In this document: in pieces, positions 47,801 to 62,800 of the stretch
How positions within the stretch are numbered: position 1 is the stretch's first letter
Layout of the letters: every line of letters starts with the position of its first letter
Assembly (NCBI GenBank): GCA_937958105.1
Contig: CALFXJ010000038.1
Location: forward strand, 55,555-119,554
Direction: 5' to 3'
Source: an uncultured Cellvibrio sp.
GTDB lineage: Bacteria; Pseudomonadota; Gammaproteobacteria; Pseudomonadales; Cellvibrionaceae
DNA: 64,000 nucleotides
The notes under the pieces: generated by a model
The model's input: the letters and a program-made list of their open reading frames with translations, nothing else
The model's database searches: none
What the model was told of the DNA's origin: nothing
Program-made: the position numbers and the translations under genes

Positions 47801-50800
47801 ACGTCTGATACCTGTTCGATGTCCACGCTTACTTCGTTCGAATAGATATTCCCTATGTTTATGAGGCTGTCGCTATCCACGTAAGATCCATCACCGAGTT
47901 GCCCCCAGCTGTTGTCCCCCCAACCCCAGACATTGCCTGCACTGTCTAATATTAAACTGAATCCGAGATCACCAGCTGAAAAGCTAACCACCTCTGCATC
48001 GCCCATTGGAGTTAAGTCTACCCTTTCTATATCACCGTAAGAGCCGTCAGCGTAGGAGTTCACTACCCACAATTGATTGGTATCGTCCAGGATTAATTGA
48101 TGATGTACTCCAGCATCAATATCTACAACGGATGCTGAACCTAATGGAGAGAGGTCAACCTTCTCGGGACTCTCATACATTCCCATTCGCCAGAGATGAC
48201 TATGTGTATCTAATATAAAAGCCCTGCTCGGGTTAGCTGAGGAAACCTCAACTTTTTTAATCTTGGCAGCGCCTAAAAAGCCCGTATTCAGCTTCGTTGG
48301 AAGATTACTTTGTCCCCACCATAAAATCACATCCTGTCCATAGGCAAAATTGTACGCGTACGCATAGCGATCACCGCCGCTATTTGTGGCAACAGCTTCA
48401 ACAAACTGATTCGTTCCTAACAACACAGGATCTCTAGATGAGACAAATCCTATCTTGGAAGAGCCTAAGCCCCCCGTCTCATTTTGCCCCCAACCCCATA
48501 TGCGTCCTTGATCATCAGCTAAAATGTTGACGTATTCTCCGGCGGAGATGGCAACCACTTTGGCAGAGTCAAGGCCAGTGGTGTCAACTAACACTGGAGA
48601 TTTTCCGCTATATCGATCAAAAGGACCACCCCAGGTCCATACCCTGTTCTCGCTATCCAGTATCAACAAGCCCGAGGTACTGCCAGACATCTCAACAATT
48701 GATGCTCCACCCAGGAACTCAGTTGGCATAAGCTGCGGGCGGCCATCCGTATCGGGCATTTCCCACTCAGAGGTGTTACCCCAATGCCAAAGCCTACCCT
48801 CGTGCAATAACGCACCGTAATCACGCCCCGTAACTATCAGAGTCTTTTGCGGAGCAACTACTTCTTCAGTAACAGTTAGCGTTACGGATTTTGCTATATT
48901 TTTTTCGATAAAAATGACTGTCAGCTCAGCCTCACCCACGGCGAGGGCTGTGTAGTCACCATCATAATTAACTGATGCAACCGACATATCGCTCGTACGG
49001 AACTCGAACAGCCCCGTGTCTGCCTTGATATGTACACCCTCATATATCAAGCCTTCGTATTCGAATTTTGCGAAAACATTCAGTTTGAATGTAGGAACAT
49101 CCACTCCCAGACGATGGGTGATCTGATTCGGTGTAATACTTATATCGGTGATGTAGTAAGGATCTACCTCTGCTTGCAAATCGCTTGTAGGATCAGATTC
49201 AGAAATAACTTCGACATAATCAGGTACACCGTCGCCATCCGTATCAGGATTATTCGGATTGGTGTAATGAATGTAGATCTCATCATAATCACTAAGCCCA
49301 TCACCATCGCTATCACTATCAGTCAAGCTGGTTCCAGCAGTCACTTCTTCGAGATTGCTTAAGCCGTCTCCGTCGAGGTCGTCTTCACCGTCAGGTATTC
49401 CGTTGCCGTCGGAATCAGGATTGGTGGGATCAAGTCCGACCGCAATTTCCAACTCATTCGTCAGGCCATCGCCATCGAAGTCGCCACCCACCTGTAAAAC
49501 ACGCAAGCTGATTTCGTTAGCCAGAGTGAGTGCTTTATTGGCATACATACCGGAGACAGTAACACGAACGATCTGCCCGTCAGGATATTCACCCTCCGGG
49601 TAAACAGGGACAGCGACTGTTGGATTATTCCAGTTAAAAGCAACTGGACTTGCTGCCACACCCTCAGGTGCAATTCTCACAAAGCCGCTGGTAATTGTTG
49701 AAATGTTTATGTTCTCTGCCGTCGCAACAGCTAACGGATAGGAGCTTCCTTCAAGAGCGTAGTTTCGCTGTGGAATATCAAGGCGTGCTTCTGGAGCGCA
49801 GACAGAGATGCTTTGTGCAAGAACTTCGTCGTTTGCTGCAACGCCGCGTAATAGCGAGTTGTGTGAGCTGACCTCATAACAACGGGCAAGCGCTAAAGGT
49901 TGCAGAGGTACAAAGGTGATCTTTTGACCATCAAGCGTGAACTCACCTTCTACCGGGTCATCCTCCAGCGTGATCCGTAGAGGCAGCTCATTACCAATAT
50001 TGTTCACCGGCTCACTGTAACTGAAGTGAAGCGGATTGATCAGGCTGTCTACAACCGGTTGAACAATGCTTTGCTCAATTGCTGGGTAAGGCTTGAGGAA
50101 GTCAAGCGAGAGCACAGCGTATTTGGCCAACCCTGGCAACTGAGGAAGCGTTGTATTTCCGGTGATATCAACCTGTTCAGTAACCTCCGTAGTCACCTGG
50201 AAAGTGCCATAACCCTGCTTTAGAGCAATGTCTGCGGTTTGCGCAATATTATTGATGACAGCTGAGCCATTAACTGTGGCGCTCAACTGCAAATCAGCAT
50301 GCGAAGAACTGCCCTGCGAATCAATTTCATAAATACGGTTGTAGTATTTATCCACCAATGTTGCAGCAACAGTGACTTGCTCGCCAACCTCAAGACGGTT
50401 GATATCGCCCAGCGGCAAGTTAGTTCTGGATTCTTCGACGAAGTTGATCATGAATGCGTCGCCGGCAACAACCTCCACCAACAGGTTATCGGAGGCAATC
50501 ATTCGACCATCGCCGTTGACATCATAGTAAGTCGTCAACTGGTCATCTATCGTTTTCAAATCTGCAAGATAGCTACCCGCTGTAGTGCTAGCCACTATCG
50601 GCACTTGTGCTTCCCCAAAGTGCAGACGGATTTCGGCCATCTCTCCACCACTAGACAGCGGGGCGGAATTAACACCGTTAGCAAAGCCGAAGTGGAAGCC
50701 GGCATAAGGTAGAGCAATATTGACTACTGTATGTGAATCCTGTTGTGTCCAGTTACCGCCCTCATCGTAGCTTCGAATATTCAGAGTAAAGACATCGCCG

Positions 50801-53800
50801 GCTTTTACGCGCTCGATATGGTTGATGTGAATATCTTTGGTCTCACCCGCGATAACACGGATCCCAATCGCAGTATTGATAGCCTCGTTCCCTACGAGCT
50901 CGACGCTCACTTTATAGCGGCCGGCTTTTAGCGCGGAATTGAGATTTATTCGAGCCAGGCCGTAACCGTCAGCCTGAGTTTCGCCCAACCCCTGAATCGG
51001 CGCCGGAGCCTGATCCGCAGCGGTTATTTCCTGCAGTTTCCAGCGCACTGTCTGATAAGGTACACGCCGGTTGGTCTTATCTACAACTTCAATCTGATAA
51101 CCCACCGAGTCACCCACAGTGACGTAAGCAAGATTCAGGTTTACATCCTGATCACTGTGGAAGAAACGAAGCGCATTAGGTTTGTGCGTTAAAGCAACAG
51201 AGTGCTCTACCGTTTCACTGGCCTGACCTAGGTGATCCGTCAGGCGAACACGGAAGCGATAAGTATTATCTGCAAGATCGCTATTTGGCATAGCGATAGT
51301 GCGACGGAGCTCCTGTGTCAGCTGCGAGTGCTTCACACGGGTTTCTTTGGCTGTTGCAGGATTGGTTTCAATAAAGGATACCAACACAGGATCATTGCCA
51401 TCATTAGCAGATCTAAATCCGCTTATGCGAACCGGGATCGATGTACCGTAAAAAGCAGTCTCCGGATACGTAATGGACAAACGGTTAGCATCTGGCACCT
51501 GGTCTGTTGTCACCGTTACAGACAACTGTTCTTCAGTTTGCTGCCCAAGGTCGTCTGTTACTCGCAGGCTTATCTGCTCAACGGTGTCCTCCTGAAGACG
51601 TTCAGTACGACGATCACGAACTGTTACGCTCGTCAGATTCACCTTCGAAGATGGCTTGTTAAATGCCACATTCTGAGTGTGCCCATTCCAGATCAATTCG
51701 ATTTTTTCAATCGCAACCTGATCCTGTACACCAAGATTAACAACAAAGCCTCCCTGTTCGATCACAGGGTTAGGTGAGAATCCGAACGCGAGAATATCTG
51801 GAGCGGCATCCTCTACAACATTATAAATCTCAGTAAATTCGTAACGATTTCCAGCTCTGTCTCGAACTTCCAAGACATATTCCAGCGACTCATCTTTCTG
51901 AGCGCCTTTTTCGTTAACGGTGAAGCTGCCGTCTTCAAATTGCGCAGCGATGATCAAGCCGTTGCGACGCAGGATGGCTGATTCGACACCACTTTCAGTA
52001 TCTTCGACCTCTATATTTATTTGATACGGATGTCTCTCAATAATCTGATTACCAGGCAGCACAGACCCCCGCAGTTCAAAACTGCGAACCACCGGAGGCT
52101 GGTCATCCTGAAGACGTGTAAATTGCAGCGGCGAAGACTCAGTTAGGTTACCGAAGGCATCAACGGCGCGAACCTTTAAGTACTTACCGCTATCTTCAAC
52201 ATTATATGCCCGATAAATGACGAACTCAGGTCCATAATGCTTACCAATAATTTTATATGGGCCTTCTAGAGCATCTGCTTCGTAATACTCAACCTGATGT
52301 ATAGGTTGTGAACTGTTCTTAACTTCGGCGCGCAGCTCCAGAGGCTTAGGAACGTAGGTCGGAACACCTGGCTGTGGGTGCACAATCACCACACTAAATG
52401 GATTACCGGGTAAATCTTCACCTTGTAAAGCCACTTTACGGGCACTGGAACGCAAGACCTGCCCCGTGAAAGTTTCAACTTCTACCGTCAGATTGAATGG
52501 CTGTCCATTTCGCAGATTCGGCGGAACCAGCGCATAAAGGTAAAAGGGGAATTGAGCAGTTCCACCGAGAAGAATGTCATTAGCATAGAAACGAACACTA
52601 TTAATATTCTTAGTATCGGACAGGGTGAGATGCATGATATCCCCCTGAACAAATACAGTTCCTATTGCTGGCGAAGCTAACGCAGGATTTACAGAGCGAG
52701 CCTGTCCGTTCAAATCAATGATTTGCAGACCACTATCGCCCAGCCCAACAGCAAGATAACCATGATCCTCTGCCAGGTCTGTAACCAGCTGATCAAATGA
52801 TAAGCGAATAGAGTCAATAATTGTCCACGAAGCCGCATCTATTACACGCACCTCACTGGAAGTTGAGGTTCGATGCGCGACCCATAGGTTACTGTTTGCA
52901 TAGTGCAATGCATTAATCGCAGCAGATTCAGGAAGCTCGATAACGGAATCGACATAGGTATTTAAGTCGAGACGATGAACCGACGTACCGATATTGAAAT
53001 AAATATGGTCGCCGGAAGTCTGCAGGTTCTCAATATTGTCGCTCGCACCGTCGATAATGCTTTCGATCACGACCGCGTAGGAGTTGAGCGGCAGCTCACC
53101 AGGCAATACGCGATACAGACGCCGGTTGTTAGTACTTGCATAGATCACATCACCAAACGCTGCAAGGCTGATTATGGCTTCACCCTGAGGTAAAGAAAGA
53201 GTACCAGTAACCTTGAGATTATCTTTCTTAGCAAGGTGTATAAAGTTGCTTTCACTGGCGACAACATGGGTGTTTGTTACAGCCAGATCCTGCACCGCAA
53301 CATTATTGAAAACCAATGAGGTTTTGGGTGATGAGTATTCGTCAAGATCAAAAGTATCAATAGCTACTACCTGACGCTTTTCTGCATGAGCAAGATAGGC
53401 TTTTTCCTCATCAAACAAGACTCGATCTACAGCAAGAGACCATCCTTTTTCCGGATAGATTTTAGAGTTCCAGCCACTACCCTCTTTTCCAAGATAGATC
53501 GCGCCATAATGACTTGCTGCTGCTAATACCTGACCGTTGGTAATGGCCACGTCTACCACATGTCCCCGTGGATTATCGCTGGCGTATACAGTTACCGGTT
53601 CGCCGGACTGCTGTTGAATCCCAATAACACTACCTGAGGCATCACCCAGCCATAACGCGCCGTTAAAGAGTTGCGCCTGTGAAATATGACCCTGAATGTC
53701 ACGCTGATAGTTTCCAGCCTGCTGTACATGATATGGATTGGTAACATCGAACAACTGAATGCCGCCATTTTCCGAAAGCCCAACCAAATAGCGTCCCATG

Positions 53801-56800
53801 GAGATCATACGCACAGTCCCAGTATTCACTTCACCGTGATATAGAACTTCCGAGCTATTCGCAAAAGACAGTAGTCGGTTACTATTGGTTGCCACGTACC
53901 AGCGGCCACCAGATCTGATCATGGTACGGGCATCTTCAAGTATGACTTCACTAGACGGTTCGGTTTGCCATTGACTATTGATAGCGATAGCGGAGCCGCT
54001 GCGGAGCACCATAAAGCCATCTTTATAGGCGTTTACATCTAATGCGGACTCATCATCGACGTAAAGAGCTTGGCCGGTAGCTGAGCCATCTCGAATTGGT
54101 GTTGCACTAATCCAGTTGCCACTGACCTCAAATCCTTGCAGGCGACCATCAACAATCGCAAGCAGTTTCTCACCATTCAACGCAACATCCGAAACTTCTC
54201 CAGCCAACGGGTAGAAGCTCAGCGCCATAAAGTTCTCCGCCGGATCAACTATCATTAAACCTTGATCTCGGAGTGCAACCAGAAGCCGATCCCCCACACG
54301 AGTCATTGCTGTGATATCTGCGTCAAGTGTGGTGAGCAGCTGGCCTTCCTGGTTACGCAGGTTACGTCCCTCGGCAAGCCATGCAACCGATACATCCGGC
54401 AACATAACTGAAAAGGTCTTTCCGGAATTCAGGTCTGATAACTTGAGTCCCGCAAGGACTTGAACAGGATAAGTAACACTTTCTACATTTCCGTTTCCAT
54501 CAGAAATGGTCGCAACAACAGTAAAGCCTGTAATACTTTCTGGAACCAGCATCTCCAGCAATGTACTCCCCGAGGCCAGTAAGTCGCCACCAGCGCCCCA
54601 GATCTCTATGCGGCTTTGATATTGCTCCAGATCGTTCGCATCCATGCGGTATTGGACAGTACTACCGGAAAACACTGTGTCACTTACACCAGTAAGCACT
54701 GGTTTTGGTACTTGCAGCTGAGGGTAGACCTGTAACGAAATTTCACGATCAGCGTAATGATATTCGCTACCAAAGTAACCACGGACTCTGAGAAAATAAG
54801 TATCTTTTGCTGCGACGGTGGGAACTCGTATATCAAGCAGCCCTTCTGCCCCTCTCATCAGTACACGGCTAATGATATTACGATCAAAATCCATCAAGGA
54901 AATATCAGCATAGCGAAGGGTATCGCCCACGGCATTCTGAGCGGAGTAGCGAACCGACAGGCGTTTACCCGCATCAATGGCAATATTATTGATGGGGGAC
55001 AGAATAGTTACTGATGATGTCTCACTGTTATTGGGAACAACAGTCGTAGACCCGACCACGGCCTCTATTTCGTCAGCATGCAATGCCCACGTAAATATAC
55101 CCTCCTCTGCGGGCAAGGTAATCCACTGGTATGCACTCACGGAGCCTAAAGCTAATGAGCCAGATTGATTATCTGTAACAACACTGAGGTTACCGATAAC
55201 AGCGGATGCTTGTGCATGAGCAGTTAATGGAACCTGAGCACCAGTGGCGTGCGTAGTAGCCGTTGCCAAGGGTACATTTACATCGGCTATAGGCGTCCTG
55301 TCCACAACAACAGTTGATGCTGTTTCACTGGTATGTGATCTCGCTACTATCGTTACCTCATCCCCTTTCAACTGGTCACGAGCTACCACCAGATACCGAT
55401 GGCCCTCTCTATCTTCACGCCGCGCAGGTATAAGGTCACGAGACGTGGTCTCGAGATGAATAAACAAATCACCTATAGGGTCAGTCAAAGAATCGATTGT
55501 GAATTGCACCACGTGAGGCAATGGCTCTATTCCTACAGCTATCTGAATTTCGTCAGATACGGGTTTGATATTGCGTGACCAAACTGAGGTATTGCCGTCC
55601 GCCATTACATCGAAATAAATCTTTCCGGGAGCTACCACTAACTCACGGGACGACGTCGGGAAAACAGCAACAATATTGTCATTTTCTATCGCAAGCCATT
55701 GCGGACCATCAGCGTGGTTAATCCTGACCCACAGCAATTCATCATCACTGATAACGCGTTCGATGGCACCAGGCAGCATCGAAGATGAAATATTGGCCAG
55801 TGCACCATCAGGCAGCATTTCATAATGCGTCAGCAATTCGTCTTGCCAGGTAAAGATTTCATCACCAAGCACCAGGAAATTATCCTGATCGGGCAATGCA
55901 ACAAAGTGACTCTGCTCTATAAAGGGCAGCTCCTCTACAGCGATCTCAAATTGATACAACCCTGCATCACTCAGACCATACATCACGTTGCCGCTTATCT
56001 GATATGCATGTATCGGTTCTAGCACGGTGTGACCAAGCACCGGTACCAAAGTCTGCTCAACCATTGTTTCCGCCGACAAAGCGTTGCCGTACCGCAGCCA
56101 GACGGTTTCGCCACTTACGCCCAAGAATTCACCAGTTGTCGCCCAGATGTCTGAGACACCAGCCAAACCAGTTCCAGTCAGTGGGTATCGCTTAATGTAT
56201 TCATCACCATTCTGACGAATCTGCATGAACAAAGCCGTTCCGCTGTATTCCAGAGCGATGATCTCACCTTGTGCGGCAGAATCAACAACACGAGAACCCG
56301 CCACCAAGCGGTATCCCCCAGAACGATTGTTGAACGCCACCAGCAGCTCTTCCTCCCTGCCTGCTCCTGGAATCGCGAGCGCTTTAAACAATAACTCATT
56401 ACTGTTAAGCCCTTTTAAGTATTCAACAGCTGGAGCATCGCTAAAGAATGGCTTCTTGGTCAGTTGATGTACTCGCGTTTTTTCATGTCCCGATTTATCT
56501 TTCAACAGGGTTTCAACGTTGGTTGATTCACCTTCACCGGACACTATGGCAATCAATGTGGAGTTAAGAGCAGAACTCGCAATGACACTAGCTCCTGCAG
56601 GGTCCTTCACAACGACTTGTGAATCAGCGGAGTAATCCATCATAGAAGCCGGAACAGCTGTAGTAACCCACAATGCAGAGCCACCCAGAATGCTAGTTTC
56701 CGGTATCAGACGTGTCTGAACCTCCTCATCAATACCCTCATCGTTAACAACATTGAGGAACTTATATGCTTTCAAATTAGCTTTTTGCAGACGAGCCAGA

Positions 56801-59800
56801 ACGACAACATTTTCGTCAACTGCAGGAAGGTCAAGCGTGACAAACTGCCGCTCTGCTCCATCTACATCTCGTGTCAACTCAGCACTGGCGGTGTCGGCCT
56901 CCACACCGCCAATATCCAGGAACAGCTCAGCATCTATTACGTTTCGCAATAGAACTTCAAAACGAACTGATTCACCTTCCTGGAAGCTGGAACCATTTGC
57001 AGGTGAGAGAATTTCGACTTTCGGGGCGCCGGCCTCTGCATCATAAGGATATAAAGTCACTGTCTGAACAGGGCTGATATTGCCATTAGGATCAGTAGCG
57101 CGTGCCGCTACCGTAATGCCGTGCTCAATATCGTCGACGGTAGCTTCAAAACTGAAACGAGTTGGATCGCTAAGCTCCTGCCAAACACCACCGTTATAGC
57201 TAACTTCGACTGTTTCGATGCCATATTTATCGAAGGCTTTAAGGATGACGTCTGTACGATCGCCAATTGCAACAAAGTCTCCATTAGCTGGCGAGACGAT
57301 CTCCAATGATGGAGGAGTTCTATCCAGATATAAGGTGTAGCTTTCGTTAAAGACTTTGGTGTATCCAAAACCATAGGTTACCTGAAGCAACGTGTTCATC
57401 TGTACAGGGGCAACAGGCGCATCAGCAGGAATAATGTCACGTATCTTGGGATTAACGAATGAAGCAAATACATGTCCCGTTACCGGGTTGTATTTATCTG
57501 ATGCGTCTATCGTGCCTTGCTTGATCTTGTCAACACTTATCACAGTCTGCCCGACCATGTCGATATCGCCGCTCAGTGTGAAATGCATTTCAGCACGAAC
57601 CGACTCTTCCGGTTCCGCAGGATTAGTGTGGAAAGATTCAAGTTCTATAACGGGATCACGCAAAGATGCACGGAAGGTTTGAATAGCAACCGGTGAGTTG
57701 TTTCCATCACGCGCTTCAACCAAGACCTCCATGTAAACATGGTGTTCTAATGCATCGAATGTGAATACATTCTCCCTGCCCGGCTGCAGCCAGCCGGTCT
57801 CCGGCGCTCCGAATGCGGTAGCGATTCGGTAGCGATAGTTAATTGCCGAGGCCGCAGTGTAATTATCAATTGCACTTAACATGAACCGATGCGACCTGCC
57901 CTTGGTCAGCTGCATAGCTTCGTTGACGTCAATCCCGTCGGTTAATCGGACTAAACGCAGGTTACGCGGTGCAAGTGTGTCAGGTGCGGTAAGGTTAGCA
58001 CTATAGCGTCCCGCCTCCGTCAGTGAACCGCCCAAGGCCAGATTACCAGCCGAGTCCGCTATCCCGTTAATTACTATGCGATAGGTTGCGTTTGCATCCA
58101 GCAGCTGTCCAGGCAACAGGCGTAAGCTGATGGATTGAGCGGCGATATTCACCAGTTCAAAACGATTTGAAATATCTACATCAGAACTATCAGTGTAGTC
58201 CTTGAACTGCTTGATGACCTGATAGCCTTCTGCACTGACAGGTTCATCAAATGTCAGACGCAAAGGCTCCGACATGGTCAATGCCTTGTGACCACTCGAG
58301 CCTGACAATAAAACAGGTGCAGTATCATCAACCCCCGTTAATAAAAGTTGCTGTGGAGCAAATACCGTCTCTTCTGTTTCTTTGCGAATAATTACTAACT
58401 GATATTTTCTTCCCGCAATAACCTTAGGTGAGTTGTCAATAAACAGCTGCCCACCTTGCACGCGATGACGTACCAGATTAGAGCTATCGGGGATGAATCC
58501 CTGGTCATATGGAACAAGATGGACGGCTAGATTACCCTGCAGGCCCAGCCCTTGAACTGTAATACGATTATTACCACTGTCACTGAGTGCTTTTTCACCA
58601 CCTTTAACGTTATTGGTAGTAATGTCCGCAATTTCTATAGCTTGTGCGACCAGCACTGCTGCTGGCATAGATGCCACTTGAGCATTGTCTTGTTGAGATA
58701 CCCGCAGTGTCTTCACACCAGGCGTAGCAAAGACCGCAGAGAATGTCATCTCCGTTCCAGCGGTATTAACAGAATACTGATCCGCTGAAAGAACAGCCTC
58801 ACCGAGCTCCACCTTATCGGCGTTTTGCAGTTGATATCCTTGAACCTTAAATTGGGTAACACGGTCCGTTATTGCATTACCTGGTATCACTGACAGTGTA
58901 CGGATAGGCGATAGACCAAATAAAGGCTCTGCAGAAACAGACCAAGGAAGATCAATATCTACCATCGCACCGTCAATATGATTACGAGGCTGATTAAAAA
59001 GAGCAATTCGATAATTCGCACTTGGCCTATAGCTATTTCCGTATACCTGAAATTGGAGCTGGTCGCCCACCAGTGCAGTACTTCCATTCAGCACGACTGA
59101 AGATGCTTCCTCCACAACTTCCAGGAGTACGTCTCTCCAATTGTCAGATGCACCAGCCACACGGCCTGCCAGCATAGCTGCCTCAGCCCCGATGTGGTTT
59201 GGCTGAACATTCCACAGGTTGTTAAACGGTAAACGTGTATTGAAGTAACGGTTATTCATCCGCCACTCCAACAAGTCATCATGAGACGTTATTTGCTGAA
59301 GATTATTGATACCTGTAGCACGGATATCGCTAAGTAGTTTCAGATTGAGTTGTTGCCCGTTTTGATTTACATCGTACACGCTCAACCGCTGTGCTGACCT
59401 GGTCAGCACAGTCAACAGTTCACCGTTCAGAACTGCTTCGTCCTGATTAAGTAGAGCTTTCCCAATAACAGCGTTGCCGCCACGCTTCAGTACAGGCGCA
59501 TTCAACAATTCAACTTCGGTCGCTGAACGAAGAAGTAATCGCTGTTCACTGACAGCAATGGATTTAGGTGCTATCAGAGAGTGCTCAAATACCTGCGTGA
59601 CCAATTCCAGCTCATCATAACGGCGGAACTCAACACGGTCGTCATAAAGGCCCCACAACCCCTCCTGGTCATACCCAACATCAAGCAGAGTGGTTGACAA
59701 CTGAGTCTCATGGACGTTATTGCCCCGAACAGCAGAGCTATAAAGCGTGTTGTTAGTAACTGATACCCAATTATCACCAGCAATGTGTACATCGGTTAGA

Positions 59801-62800
59801 GCAATCCCTGAAGGATTATCGAATCGATTGATTAACTGAGGAGCATAAACATTCTGTATATCGTAGAAGTAAATAACAGGTTTCGTTTCATTAACCATCA
59901 AGGCTAAATAGCGATCACTGATAGCTGCAGCAATAATCGAGCTTGTCATCGCACCGCGCGACAGCAGCAAGGGGACCTGACTTTCCATTGTTCCGTAAAG
60001 AGCCCAGTTAGCTGCCCCACTGGAATATGCACCAACAGTTAAGAGCAAATCTCCGTGACGTTTGAAGGTAATGACATCGGCAAGCTGTTCGCTAGCGCCT
60101 AGTTCAATGTATATATCGGTGTTATCAAATCCATCTACAGTAGTATCAAGATTACTTACAGTGATGGTTAACCGGCCGAGGGTATTGTCAGGAACTCGGA
60201 AGCTGATTACATCAGGATCTTCCATGCGTAGACCAAGCGGGGCTTTGTCATTGACATAAACACGTGTAGCTGCACTGAACCCACGGCCCTGAATAGCGAT
60301 CGTATCGCCTGAGTTGAATAGATACCGATGAGCATTTGTATCTATTGTGCCTGACAGGGAATTGAATTTACCGATACGGTCGATTACTGGATCGGCAACA
60401 TAGGTGAAGGCAGCATGCCGGCTGTGGCTCAGCTGACCGTTCACGACTTTTAAACCGACAACATAATTGTCATTTGGCGACGCGGCTAATGCTGGCAAGC
60501 GGAAGCGCATCTCCTGATCACTTACTACTTCTATATTCTCAATCGCAACATCACCGATCTCCACTTGCGAATAACTGGAGAAATTCTCACCGTATATTCT
60601 TACGTATTCTCCGCCACGCCAACTTGCAAAACGAGGCTGAACGTCGGCTATCTCTGGCTGCCTATACGTGGATGCAACAAAACGGAAGCTATAATCAGAA
60701 CCCAGCGATTTGCCATGGAGATCACGTATCGCTCCAGCTACAGTGACGCGGTAGCGGCGGCCATCAATTAAAGGGGCAACAGGGCGGAAAACGATTTTAG
60801 ATCCAATATTATTAACTTGAGAGCTGATATTTCCAGCAATTTTTGCACCATCCAGAACAACGGTTAACAGCTCATCTTTGTTTGCTTGAAGCTGTTCCCC
60901 ATCCAACAATCGATTAAATTGAATCTCAATCGCAACATCAGATGGTATTGTTGATTCAGCATCTGGAGTGTGGCTGACAATTACCAACTGATCATTAACG
61001 ATGGTATTTAACCGACCGCCGATGTGATTGATACTGCTGGCGTCTTCAACGGGGTTCTCAATAGGCAGATCATTCAGGTAAGCAAACGTAGAGCCTGCAT
61101 AAAGCGCCCGAGAGTGGAACGCCACGTTCACAACATCGCCTATAACAGAGAAATAGTTTTTCAGTGTTATGGGTGCCTTATAGCGACCCTCCATCCATGG
61201 GGAAATGTCGTAAAGTTGCAGATCCCCCTGTCCTGCTGCTACATAGAGAGTTTGTCCCTGCAAGATCATTTGACCTGCATAGATGTCGCCATTGCGAACG
61301 AGATAAGCCAGATTAAGTGATGCTACTGGCGTAGCTCCGCCACTGCTGTTCTCTTGATATAGAACAACTGAGCCGGCAGTTCCGCTGGAAACAAGAATTA
61401 GGTTATTTTTTACCAGAATATTCCTGGGTTTAAATCGATTGCCACCCTCGTCAATTGTCTCAAAGTCACGAACAATGCGGTATTCCCCTGACATTAACTC
61501 AACTTCCACGATGCGACGTGAATCAGTCAACGAAATCCACAGGCTGTCACCGACCACATCGATAGCATGCGGCGTAGCTTTCAAGAGCAAACGATCAATG
61601 ACTGCCAGTCTGCGCAGTTCCCTTCGATCTGTCAGTTGATAGATCGAAACGCCATCAACACTTGATACATACAAAAGCCCATCACGTGCGACCAGATCGC
61701 GAACCTGTCCTGCCAATGTAACTTCATTGATCAGTAAAGGATCTGCGGCCAGAGTAATATCGAAATGATAGAGACGATCTGAACCGACGGCGAACAGATC
61801 ATTATTCATAGCCTCCAGAGCGACAAATCCTTGCGCTCCCAGACCACCAGTTACATCAAAATGGTAGGGTCTCGTTACGTTAGAGAATTCCTTTTCCAAG
61901 ATAACCGGGCGCACAGGGTCAGAAACATCTGCCGCAATCAATCGAGCCACATTAGAGCGTAATCGTTTAGCTAATCGCCCTTCTCGATTAATAACCTCAT
62001 ACTCTCCACCGGTAACTGTATAAAGGATTTGATCACGTAAGAGCACCGCAGAAATAGGGCTTGGCTTATCTGAAGCAAGATCTACCGACCCGGTTTCCCG
62101 GCCAGCATAGAAGTAATCGATTGGAGATACCGCAGATTCGCCTGCGAACTGGAGGCTCTCAATCTTAATTTGTGCATATCCAAACGGATTTGCAGGCGCT
62201 CTCACCTGGATATGGTTGCCACTGATGACGCGCAAATCACCCGCCACTTTGCCGCCTATGGTGACTCTCATACCGTGGTTGAAACCGCGGCCATAGATAT
62301 CAATAACATTTCCGCCTTGTGGAGGACCACGCAATGGATTTGCATCCTCGATCACTACGCGAGGTAAAACGACAATAGCTCCATGTTTGATATACGAAAG
62401 ATCACCTTTCGTAATGCGTACCGGTAATGCGGCCACATTGCTGCTCAGGAAGAGCTTGGGAACCTTGATTTCTATTTCACCATCGGATACTGATGTAATA
62501 GCAGCAGGTGGAACAACTGTTTCGCCAATAGATAGCTGTATCGCCCCAGAATCGCTGCCAAATCCTATTCCCTTAATAACCGCATGCTCGCTACCGTCCC
62601 CGTGGAAGTAATGGCCGCCGACACTTGTATCAGTTTTACGCACTACATCTGTTATTAAAGGGTTAATGCCATCACCCAAGTCATAGACTGCACCAGCCGG
62701 AGCAATTAATGCCTCGCCTGTAACCGCCCTTAGATCTTGAGTAACTACTACCTGCAATTTGTTACCGGGGATATTCTGACCATTGAGTTTTACATCGATA

